From positions 1 to 36,757 of the IMG/VR virus record IMGVR_UViG_3300005567_000154: a DNA stretch of 36,757 bases; one strand, given 5' to 3'. This document shows positions 24,850-33,156 of the stretch, piece after piece. The notes under the pieces are model-generated. The model ran no database searches and had not been told where the DNA came from. It was given only the letters and a program-made list of their open reading frames with translations. Made by a program: the position numbers and the translations under genes. The first letter of the stretch is position 1; the number at the start of each line of letters is the position of its first letter. The DNA is from a virus (taxonomy: Duplodnaviria; Caudoviricetes).

Positions 24850-25162
24850 GATTGTAGACTGCTTGGATTGCGGGAAATGTTGTACCTCTAAAAGTTTGGA
24901 GAATATTTCTGTATATGCCACTGATGAAGAATGGGAAGCTATTCCGAATCGATATAAGCCAATATTGAAATGGCAAAAAAACCACATGGGGTTCAAGCCA
25001 CATGATGATGGTTTTTGTTGCAGCGCTTTGTCTGGTGAAGTCGGAAAGAAAATCAGTTGTGATATATATGAAATACGCCCGGACTCTTGCAGAAAGTTTG
25101 AAGTGGGTAGTGAAAGATGCTTGGAAGCTAGAAAGCTTGAAACTACGGGGTTCTTACAATGA
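24836..25162 (+). CDS. YkgJ-family CxxCxxCC (Zn/Fe-S) protein
   Basis: CLDCGKCC...CSAL...CDIYEIRPDSCRKF. Confidence 0.85.
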   Translation: MTNFEIVDCLDCGKCCTSKSLENISVYATDEEWEAIPNRYKPILKWQKNHMGFKPHDDGFCCSALSGEVGKKISCDIYEIRPDSCRKFEVGSERCLEARKLETTGFLQ

Positions 25163-25728
25163 CAATGCACATAGTTACAGACACAGCTACCGGAAGGATT
25201 TTAAGAAGCGGTCACGATGTTGATTTTGAGAATGATGGTTCCTTTGATTCATCTACTGAATCTTATAGAACAGATGCCCCTGATAACGTAAAGGCTTCCA
25301 AATTAGATGATACATCAGACCATGATATATACAATGGGTTCGCTTATGAGACTGTTTCGGAAACAACCCCTGAAAAACTTATTAAATACAAGAAAAAGAA
25401 AAGAAAAAAGATTACTAATAAAACATATAAAAAGCTGAGCGAAGGATTTTCGCATAACGGAAAACATTTCTCTTGTATAAAAAAAGCACAAGATTTTATT
25501 GCTCACATGAAACAATTTATCGATAAAAGTAAACTTTTCATCCCATTACAAATAACCACTATTGAAGATGAGACTTATGTTTTTAACACTATTGAGGATT
25601 TTAATTTATTTGTGGACACCGTTTTGGGTACAGTAAAAAATCATAAGGATGAGGAACGTCCCATTAAACAACAACTTTTTGCGGCTACCGATATTGCTGC
25701 AGTTGACGCGATACTAGATGAGAGGTAA
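25159..25728 (+). CDS. DUF4376-like / fibre-assembly-type protein
   Basis: K..KI......GF..NG..F, helical C-terminus ending A.DIAAVDAI. Confidence 0.55.
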   Translation: MTMHIVTDTATGRILRSGHDVDFENDGSFDSSTESYRTDAPDNVKASKLDDTSDHDIYNGFAYETVSETTPEKLIKYKKKKRKKITNKTYKKLSEGFSHNGKHFSCIKKAQDFIAHMKQFIDKSKLFIPLQITTIEDETYVFNTIEDFNLFVDTVLGTVKNHKDEERPIKQQLFAATDIAAVDAILDER

Positions 25729-25730
25729 TT

Positions 25731-25994
25731 ATGCAAAATAACGGATTTACAGCACCAAATGGTTCAACTCTTGAAGTGGCCACAGTATCCTCGGATACCA
25801 AATTAATTCTAATTCAGAATAACGACGCCTCAAGTGATTTGAGATTTGGGTTTACGGATGCTAAAACAAACGCTACCGATGGGTTTTTGGTTGAAGCAAA
25901 ACAAACATTTCCTTTGCCAGTAGATGGTAATGGTGGAAAAATATTTGTTTTTGGTGTCGGCGCAATTGTTGCCGGGGTAATAGGTCAACTATGA
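25731..25994 (+). CDS. Small beta-rich virion protein
   Basis: SD GAGG; LILIQNN...LRFGF...GF.V pattern. Confidence 0.5.
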   Translation: MQNNGFTAPNGSTLEVATVSSDTKLILIQNNDASSDLRFGFTDAKTNATDGFLVEAKQTFPLPVDGNGGKIFVFGVGAIVAGVIGQL

Positions 25995-27100
25995 GAAGAT
26001 ACGATACAGGCCGACTTAAAAACGCTAGAATACTAGATGATGGCAGGTTAATGGCTGATGTAATCGTTTCTAGGACTGGAGTTTTGGATTATCGAAATGC
26101 TGATGGATCAGCTAGAAAAGAGTTTAGGGATCCTGATGAAGTGTTTAAACTTGATAGCCTAGCAACAATGAATATGATTCCTGTTACTGATGGACACCCT
26201 TCAGCGGGCCTTGTTACTTCAGAAAACGTAAAAGAATTAGGCGTAGGGCAAACAGGGGAAAATGCTCGTGCTGATGGCATATATGTAATGAACACTCTCA
26301 CGGTCAATAACCAAGATGTAATCGAAAAAATTATGTCAGGTAAGCAAGAGTTGAGTTTAGGCTATCAGCTTGACCTTGACGAAAGCCCAGGGGAACATAA
26401 AGGCATTCATTATGACGCCGTACAAAAGAACATAAAATACAATCATCTGGCTTTAGTAGTTAATGCCAGGGCAGGGTCACAAGCAAGGATTTCCCTTGAT
26501 TCTGGCGATGCCATCCAAATAAACAAACAACAGGAGAAACCAGAAATGGAAAAGAATTTACTTACCGTAAATCTGGATGGCATTGAATATCAAGCCTCCC
26601 CAGAGGTCAAGAAGGAACTTGACAGACTAATCTCTCGCGCTGATAAAGCCGAAGGTTCAGTTTCCACAATTAAAGAAGAAAAAACCACTCTTCAAGCTAA
26701 GTTTGATTCTCAGAAAGAAGAATTAGAAAAGCTTAAAAATGTGGATAATTCTGAAGAAATTAAAACAGCTGTTGACGCTAGAATTTCTCTAGTAAGTTCA
26801 GCTCTTAAACATCTTGATTCAGAAGAATCTAAAGAAATCGAGCTTAAAACTGATAGCGAAATCAAAATTGCTGTTATCAAAAAGTACTCACCTGATTTCA
26901 ATGCTGATGACCAAGAGGAATCTTACATCAAAGCACGTTTTGATATTGCCTTAGAAAACACACCTAAAAAATCAGGTGTTGCTGATCAAAGACAACAAAT
27001 GCAAAACAAAGATGGTGAAGAACCTATTGTAAATTCAGATGAAGCCCGTAAAAATATGTACAAAACTGTAACAAATGCCCACAAAGGCGAAACTAAATAA
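25991..27100 (+). CDS. Prohead protease/scaffold (DUF2213)
   Basis: RTGVLDY, PVTDGHP, ELSLGY, NHLALV..ARAG; coiled-coil C-terminus. Confidence 0.9.
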   Translation: MRRYDTGRLKNARILDDGRLMADVIVSRTGVLDYRNADGSARKEFRDPDEVFKLDSLATMNMIPVTDGHPSAGLVTSENVKELGVGQTGENARADGIYVMNTLTVNNQDVIEKIMSGKQELSLGYQLDLDESPGEHKGIHYDAVQKNIKYNHLALVVNARAGSQARISLDSGDAIQINKQQEKPEMEKNLLTVNLDGIEYQASPEVKKELDRLISRADKAEGSVSTIKEEKTTLQAKFDSQKEELEKLKNVDNSEEIKTAVDARISLVSSALKHLDSEESKEIELKTDSEIKIAVIKKYSPDFNADDQEESYIKARFDIALENTPKKSGVADQRQQMQNKDGEEPIVNSDEARKNMYKTVTNAHKGETK

Positions 27101-27118
27101 CCAAAGGAGAATTGAAAA

Positions 27119-27598
27119 ATGTCAGTACAAACTTCATATAACAGTAACTCCGATGTAGCCTTTGCAGGCATGAAAGCCGACTCAGGCTTTGATCGGGTGA
27201 ATTCAGGAATTGGTGAAAGCACTATTCCTTTCGGACACGGCCTTATCGCCGGAACAAACGCGGAAACTCAGGTAAAAAATGCTGATGGTGCCGGTGTTTT
27301 CCGTGGTATATCTGTTCACAAACATAAAGAACCTTCTGCAGCCGGTGTTAATGATGCTGAATATGCAGACGAAGAAATGGTTTCAGCACTTACCCAGGGA
27401 AGAATCTGGTGTGCAGTTGAAACTTCTGTTTCCGGTTCAATCGCAATTGATGACGATGTTTTTATTAATATCGATATTGGCGGTGCCGAATTAGGAAAAG
27501 TAACTGATACTGTAGGGACTAATATCGCTACTGGAGGCAAAGTCATAAAAGTAGACGTTGCTTTGAAACTTGCACAAATTGAAATCAACCTTCCATAA
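27119..27598 (+). CDS. Capsid decoration/cement protein
   Basis: QTSY..AFAGM..IPFG..GRIW; lies between protease and capsid. Confidence 0.75.
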   Translation: MSVQTSYNSNSDVAFAGMKADSGFDRVNSGIGESTIPFGHGLIAGTNAETQVKNADGAGVFRGISVHKHKEPSAAGVNDAEYADEEMVSALTQGRIWCAVETSVSGSIAIDDDVFINIDIGGAELGKVTDTVGTNIATGGKVIKVDVALKLAQIEINLP

Positions 27599-27620
27599 CG
27601 AATAAAGGAGAAACATCATA

Positions 27621-28568
27621 ATGGAACAACTAACAAATCTTGATGCCGGTGAATCGGTCTTCTTTTCCCGTCAATTGGAAAGCATCAAAACAAAAGTATA
27701 CAATGTTTTATATCCTGAGTATAAAGCAACTAGCCTATTGCCTGTAGATACATCTGCCGGTCCTGGTGCTGAAACAATTACTTACAGGTCTTTTGATCGT
27801 GTAGGCGTAATGAAACTGATCGCAGATTATGCTGATGATCTTCCACGTTCTGACGTTAAAGGTAAAGAAGTTACCATTAGAGTTAAATCGTTGGGTGGAT
27901 CTTTTGGCTATAATCTTCAGGAAGTACGAGCTTCAGCAAAAGCCGGTACAGCCTTGAGTCAGTTAAAAGCTAATGCAACTAGACAAAGCTATGAAGCAAA
28001 AGTAAATGAACTCGCCTTTTTTGGTGATGCTGAAGCAGGCTTATTGGGCCTACTTAATCAGCCCGATGTACCTGCTGCAACAGTTCAAACTGGCGTTGTT
28101 TCTGGTAATGTTACTTGGCTTGGCGCTTCTCCTAAAAATACTGATGAAGTATTAAAGGATATGAATGACGCGGTTAGAGATCCCATGACCCTTTCAAAAG
28201 GTGTTGAGATCCCTGATACCCTTCTTTTGCCTCTTGATGAGTATAGTTATGTATCTACTACTCGTTTAGCTGCAGGAACAGACACTACTATTTTGCAATT
28301 TTTTCTTCAAAATAATCCTGGTGTTACTGTTGAATGGGTGAATGAATTAGCTGATGTTGCCGTACTACCTTCTGGTGGTGGTGGACCCGCTAATGTAATG
28401 ATCTCATACAAGAAAAGCGCTGATAAATTAACCTTAGAACTACCTTCTCTTTTCGAGATGTTAGCAGTGGAGGCTCGCGGTTTAGAGTTTATCGTTAATG
28501 CTCATGCTCGATATGCCGGTGTTCAGGTTTATTATCCACTTTCAATGAATATTGTTGAAGGAATCTAA
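27621..28568 (+). CDS. Major capsid protein (DUF2184-type)
   Basis: FFSRQLE.I, ADDLPRSD, AFFGD..GLLGLLN.P, GVQVYYP. Confidence 0.9.
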   Translation: MEQLTNLDAGESVFFSRQLESIKTKVYNVLYPEYKATSLLPVDTSAGPGAETITYRSFDRVGVMKLIADYADDLPRSDVKGKEVTIRVKSLGGSFGYNLQEVRASAKAGTALSQLKANATRQSYEAKVNELAFFGDAEAGLLGLLNQPDVPAATVQTGVVSGNVTWLGASPKNTDEVLKDMNDAVRDPMTLSKGVEIPDTLLLPLDEYSYVSTTRLAAGTDTTILQFFLQNNPGVTVEWVNELADVAVLPSGGGGPANVMISYKKSADKLTLELPSLFEMLAVEARGLEFIVNAHARYAGVQVYYPLSMNIVEGI

Positions 28569-28572
28569 TTAC

Positions 28573-28641
28573 TCTCGTGGTGAGAGGTTGCCTCGCCGGT
28601 ATGCCGGGGCTTAAAAAAATAGCATACTACTAACCACGAGA
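28573..28641 (+). other. Three-way-junction RNA structure after the capsid gene
   Basis: TCTCGTGGT/ACCACGAGA, GAGG-TTG-CCTC, GGTATGC/GCATACT. Confidence 0.55.
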
Positions 28642-28656
28642 ATAAGGAATTAAAAA

Positions 28657-29013
28657 ATGATTATTAACAGAAAGAAATCAAACCCATACAGATGCGAAGG
28701 CGTATTAATTATGCCTGGTGTAACTGAGATCAAGAACCCAGAAGATGTTAAAAAGCTAAAAGCAAATAAGCAGTTTCAATATCAAATTGATAATGGTGTA
28801 ATGCTGATAGTTACTGGAAGAGATGATAAAGGTAAAAAAGTTAGTGAGCCCAGTGAAATGACTGATGAATTATCTATTGGAGTAATCGAACAGACTTTTG
28901 ATGCTAAGACTCTTGATAGTTTCAAGGAAAAAGAAATAGACAATAAAGGTAGAGGAAAAGTAATCAACTTTATTGACAAACAAATAAAATCCTTAACTGA
29001 TCATCATAATTAA
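28657..29013 (+). CDS. Hypothetical head-associated protein
   Basis: Position after capsid; SD AAGGA. Confidence 0.6.
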   Translation: MIINRKKSNPYRCEGVLIMPGVTEIKNPEDVKKLKANKQFQYQIDNGVMLIVTGRDDKGKKVSEPSEMTDELSIGVIEQTFDAKTLDSFKEKEIDNKGRGKVINFIDKQIKSLTDHHN

Positions 29014-29015
29014 TC

Positions 29016-29399
29016 ATGGCAATTACTACCGTACCAGAAATAGTCGCTTTAAAAAGCCCGGATTTCGCAGGCGATTCACGCTTGACGGATTTTGAGGCTT
29101 TGGCACGACTACAACTAAGCGCTGATGTGTTTGGTGATAAAGGTACGTATGCAATTGCTCTTTTGGTCTTGCATTGGCTCCACTTGGATTCACTTTCAGG
29201 TGGTAGCAGTACGGGGTCTGGTTCTGGTTTTGCCGGTACCATTACAATGGAAAAAGAGGGTGATTTGGCCCGTTCTTATAGTGCCCCAACTGCCACTGGT
29301 AGTGCTTCAGAAGCTTATTATGGGAAAACCATTTATGGCCAAGAGTTATATCAATTAATTAGGGGCTGCCTCATTTTACCCATGAATAGGTGTATATGA
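29016..29399 (+). CDS. Head-tail adaptor (DUF4054-like)
   Basis: P.F..ALLVLHWL..EGDLARSY..TIYGQELYQL. Confidence 0.8.
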   Translation: MAITTVPEIVALKSPDFAGDSRLTDFEALARLQLSADVFGDKGTYAIALLVLHWLHLDSLSGGSSTGSGSGFAGTITMEKEGDLARSYSAPTATGSASEAYYGKTIYGQELYQLIRGCLILPMNRCI

Positions 29400-29887
29400 G
29401 CACAAGAGATATTGATTTAGGTTGGGGTAAGTTCATGGACAACATGGTTGCTGTTGATGATTCATACACAAAGGTTGGTTTGCCTGAAAATGCTACTCTA
29501 AAGCCTGGAACTAAATCTGGTTCTGGTGCAGATGAAGCTAGTGATATGTCTGAATTGATTAAGATCGGTGCAATACATGAATTTGGAACAAAAAACATAC
29601 CATCCAGACCTTTCATGAGAAACACTTTCGACCAGAACCGAACCAAAATAAATAAGATTCAACAGGTAATGTATGATAGGTTGGTCAAAGGTAATACTAC
29701 AGTTAAAAAAGGCTTGGGCATTATTGGTGAGTCTGTTTCTAGGTTAGTCAAAAAACAGATTACGGATTTAAGATCACCCCCTAATAAACCATCCACAATT
29801 AAAAGGAAAAGAAGCTCTAATCCTTTAATTGATTCTGCACAAATGAGAAATTCAATATCTCATACTGAGGTTACACGTGGCGTCTAG
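29396..29887 (+). CDS. Neck/virion morphogenesis protein
   Basis: IGAIHEFGT.NIPSRPFMR, PNKPSTIKRK.S.NPLIDS. Confidence 0.8.
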   Translation: MSTRDIDLGWGKFMDNMVAVDDSYTKVGLPENATLKPGTKSGSGADEASDMSELIKIGAIHEFGTKNIPSRPFMRNTFDQNRTKINKIQQVMYDRLVKGNTTVKKGLGIIGESVSRLVKKQITDLRSPPNKPSTIKRKRSSNPLIDSAQMRNSISHTEVTRGV

Positions 29888-30227
29888 TTTTGGAAATACT
29901 ATTTCAGGCGTTCGACATTCTGGTGCCGGAGCTTATGATGCTCTAGGTAAATGGTCTGAAGGTGGTACTGATCCAATCAGCTTTAAGGGTAGCATACAGC
30001 CACCACTAGGCGATGATATGGCCTCTTTACCCGAAGGGCGCAGGGAAGTTGAAGCTTATCGCATCTATTCAGAATTTGAATTAAAAACTGTAGATGAAAA
30101 TGGAAAGATTAATCCTGATAAATTAACACTTTTTGGTAAAACAAATGCTTTTGAAGTTGTTAGGGTTGAGGCTTGGCAGAATGGTGTTCGATCTCACTAT
30201 GAATCACTGGTGGCTTTAATTGGCTGA
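29877..30227 (+). CDS. Head-closure protein
   Basis: SIQP..LPEGRR..IYS; position. Confidence 0.7.
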   Translation: MASSFGNTISGVRHSGAGAYDALGKWSEGGTDPISFKGSIQPPLGDDMASLPEGRREVEAYRIYSEFELKTVDENGKINPDKLTLFGKTNAFEVVRVEAWQNGVRSHYESLVALIG

Positions 30228-30747
30228 TTTAACAACTATACAAACAGCTATTAAAGCATGGGTTGATTCTGAAACTACTAATGTATGTATTATGGCAGAA
30301 GGAAATGGGCCCAAACCAGACGCACCTTTCTTTACTTACCGTTTAGCTTCTTTTATAGATGAGGCTGAAGATCATACATCTAGCCCTGATGCAATTTCAG
30401 GTGATGTAGTCATCACTGGAAACAGAGCTTTCACAGTTGAAATAAATGGATATGGCCCAGGGGTCATACAGAAATTAAGAGATTTAAAAAATAGTACTAG
30501 AAAGGGAACAATATTAGACACCTTTCGTTTATCTAATTTAATCATAGTAAATAGGCTTGCAATAACAAACCTGACAGGATTAGATCAATCAAATTTTGAA
30601 GAGCGCGGTATGTTTGAACTTTTAATGAGAACTGATAGTGTTATTACAGACACCGGTTCAGTAATTGAAGATTTTAACGGAACGGGAACTTTAAGTCAAC
30701 CACCTAAACCAGATGTAACAACAACGTTGGAAGTTACCACACCATAA
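30220..30747 (+). CDS. Tail terminator/neck protein
   Basis: NGPKPDAPF..FEERG.F; immediately before sheath. Confidence 0.7.
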   Translation: MADLTTIQTAIKAWVDSETTNVCIMAEGNGPKPDAPFFTYRLASFIDEAEDHTSSPDAISGDVVITGNRAFTVEINGYGPGVIQKLRDLKNSTRKGTILDTFRLSNLIIVNRLAITNLTGLDQSNFEERGMFELLMRTDSVITDTGSVIEDFNGTGTLSQPPKPDVTTTLEVTTP

Positions 30748-30759
30748 AGGAGAATAAAT

Positions 30760-32064
30760 ATGAGTATCAATGATATTGTAAATGTCAATATCACCCGGCA
30801 AACTTCCTCAGTTTCACGGGTTGGTTTTGGAACAATAAATATAATGGGGGTAAGTAAAGCTTTTACACCTCTAATTAAGTTTTATAACACTTTATCTGAA
30901 GTTGCTGAAGATTTCGACACTACTGCAAAAGAACATATTGCAGCCAGTGATGCTTTCGCACAAAATCCACAGGTAAGTAGAATTGCCATTAGCCGTAGGG
31001 CCACCTCTGATACTTCAGTTGTGACTGTTGACACGGTAACTGATTCTGTAAACTATTCAATTGTAATTGATGGTGAAACATTCACTTTTAATTCTGGTAT
31101 TGGTGCAACAGCAATCACTATTGCAGCCGGATTAGTTGGTCTTATTAATGCTTCTGGAACTTTAGCCGTAACAGCTACTGATAACTTAGATGGCACTTTT
31201 GATCTAGATCCTGATGTAGCCAGTACAGATTATGCTGTTAAAATCGAATCTAAATTAACAATTACTTACACTACAGCAACAACCCCAGGCGCTGATCTTA
31301 CAGCTATCAATACGGCTGATGATGATTGGTATGGTCTTGTTTATACTGAAAGAGTTGAAGCAGATGTTGAAGCCATTATGGATTGGGTTGAAGCAGAATT
31401 CAAAGTATTTGCAACAGCTTCCGCTGATGCTAATATCAAAGACCAAACTGATGCGGTTGATGTAACCACTGCAGCTTATTATGCTAAATCACAATCATTA
31501 TCCAGGTCAGCGGTTTTCTACCATGCAAATGCTGCTACTCAATATCTCGATGCCGGTTTTCTTGCTGTTACTTTAGTTCAAGACCCAGGCTCTTATACTG
31601 GTATGTTCAAAACAGTTTCTAGTGTAACCGTTGACAGCTTATCTGCTACACAAGAAAAGAATGTAAAAGACAAAAATGCTAACACTTACTTAACCGTGGC
31701 TCAAGTGAATATCACAGCTGAAGGTAAAGTTGGCGAAGGTGAATATTTTGATGTAATTGTTTTTGTTGATTGGCTTAAATCAAGGATGCAAGAGCGTATT
31801 TATTCTGTATTAGTTAATAGCTTAAAAGTACCTTATACTGATGCCGGTATTGCTGCAATTGAAGCAGAAGTTACCGCACAACTTCAGGATGGTATTGCAG
31901 CTAAAGGGCTTACAAATAACCCTCAACCGACTGTTACAGTACCCAAAGCTATTGATATTTCTGCGGTTGATAAAGCCAACAGAGAATTAAACGGCATAAC
32001 ATTTCAGGCAACACTCGCAGGTGCGATTCATGCCGTAACAATTAATGGAACCGTTTCGGTTTAA
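30760..32064 (+). CDS. Tail sheath protein (DUF3383)
   Basis: INDIVNVNI, PGSYT.MFK, DWLK.RMQE, KVPYTDAGI, LAGAIH.V.I.G. Confidence 0.9.
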   Translation: MSINDIVNVNITRQTSSVSRVGFGTINIMGVSKAFTPLIKFYNTLSEVAEDFDTTAKEHIAASDAFAQNPQVSRIAISRRATSDTSVVTVDTVTDSVNYSIVIDGETFTFNSGIGATAITIAAGLVGLINASGTLAVTATDNLDGTFDLDPDVASTDYAVKIESKLTITYTTATTPGADLTAINTADDDWYGLVYTERVEADVEAIMDWVEAEFKVFATASADANIKDQTDAVDVTTAAYYAKSQSLSRSAVFYHANAATQYLDAGFLAVTLVQDPGSYTGMFKTVSSVTVDSLSATQEKNVKDKNANTYLTVAQVNITAEGKVGEGEYFDVIVFVDWLKSRMQERIYSVLVNSLKVPYTDAGIAAIEAEVTAQLQDGIAAKGLTNNPQPTVTVPKAIDISAVDKANRELNGITFQATLAGAIHAVTINGTVSV

Positions 32065-32074
32065 GGAGTAAAAA

Positions 32075-32500
32075 ATGGCAGTTTTAACCTATGACCCTAG
32101 TCAAGTTATAATAAGTGTTGGCGGTATCCCAATGTCAGGTTTTGCTGATGGAACCTTTGTTTCTATTATGCGATCTGAGGATGCTTATTCAAAAATAAAT
32201 GGTGCTGATGGTGTTACATCAAGAGCAAAATCTAGTGATAAATCTGGAGAAATGACTCTTACATTAGCGCAAACTTCACCTAGCAATGATGTACTTTCGG
32301 GTATTGCTCTTGCTGATGAACTTACAAATGGTGGGGTCGTTCCCATCATTGTAAAAGATGCTTCTGGACGAACTAACTATTTCTCAGGGAATGGATGGAT
32401 CAGAAAGACACCTGAAGCGGCTTTTGGCAAAGAAGTTGATAATCGTGAATGGACGTTTGACCTAGCGGATCTTGATGTATTCGCCGGTGGAAACGGATAA
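32075..32500 (+). CDS. Tail tube protein (DUF3277-type)
   Basis: TYDP..V..GFADG..GADG..L.QTSPSN..REW. Confidence 0.85.
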   Translation: MAVLTYDPSQVIISVGGIPMSGFADGTFVSIMRSEDAYSKINGADGVTSRAKSSDKSGEMTLTLAQTSPSNDVLSGIALADELTNGGVVPIIVKDASGRTNYFSGNGWIRKTPEAAFGKEVDNREWTFDLADLDVFAGGNG

Positions 32501-32533
32501 CTTAACCAACTCGCCACGAGGGAGAAATGAATA

Positions 32534-32983
32534 ATGATAAAAACACAGGACAAATTAATTGATGGCCAAAAGGTCGAAGTCACCCAACTGCCGGCGCGTA
32601 GAGGGTTAAAGCTAAAGCTTAAAATAACCCGCTTAGTCGGCCCTGCGTTGGGAAAATTAATTGGCGCAAAAGGCCAAACAGAATCTTTTCTGGATTCTGA
32701 TATTGATATTTCAGAAATGCTTGAAAAGCTATTTGAAAATGTTGATGAAGAAACCCTCATGAACCTTATACAAGAAATACTTGTTACCACTAGGGTCGAT
32801 GGCCAGGAAGTGGCTAAAGATGAAGTGTTTGATATGGTTTTTGCTGATGGTTATGCTTTAATGTATAAAGTAGTTTGGTATACATTGGAGGTGAACTTCA
32901 AATCTTTTTTGGAACTGATGGGTATTGGAAAAGCGAACAGCAAAGGCCAAACTCAAACGCAGAAAAAACGGAACAAAGGCTAA
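32534..32983 (+). CDS. Tail assembly chaperone
   Basis: Between tube and tape measure; ends LEVNFKSFL. Confidence 0.75.
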   Translation: MIKTQDKLIDGQKVEVTQLPARRGLKLKLKITRLVGPALGKLIGAKGQTESFLDSDIDISEMLEKLFENVDEETLMNLIQEILVTTRVDGQEVAKDEVFDMVFADGYALMYKVVWYTLEVNFKSFLELMGIGKANSKGQTQTQKKRNKG

Positions 32984-33156
32984 GTGAAGAATTAAGGGAA
33001 GAATTTATTATATGGCGAATATGGCACAGTGGGAAAGCAACATTGGAAGAACTAGATACATTCTGGTCACTTGATGATTGCCTACGCGCTGAAGCCGTAA
33101 TGGATATGTTTCAGTATTACGAAAAATTAGAAACGGATAAGGTTAATGAAAAATGA
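32905..33156 (+). CDS. -1 frameshift extension of the tail assembly chaperone
   Basis: In-frame slippery T TTT TTG at 32905-32911; -1 ORF carries ATLEELDTFWSLDD and has no convincing start of its own. Confidence 0.65.
   Translation, partial: FFGTDGYWKSEQQRPNSNAEKTEQRLSEELREEFIIWRIWHSGKATLEELDTFWSLDDCLRAEAVMDMFQYYEKLETDKVNEK

Noticed and set aside
23538-25170. Long minus-strand ORFs over the fibre gene (and similar ones over the tape measure and portal)
   Set aside because: Antisense shadows of well-supported plus-strand genes; no motifs or start signals
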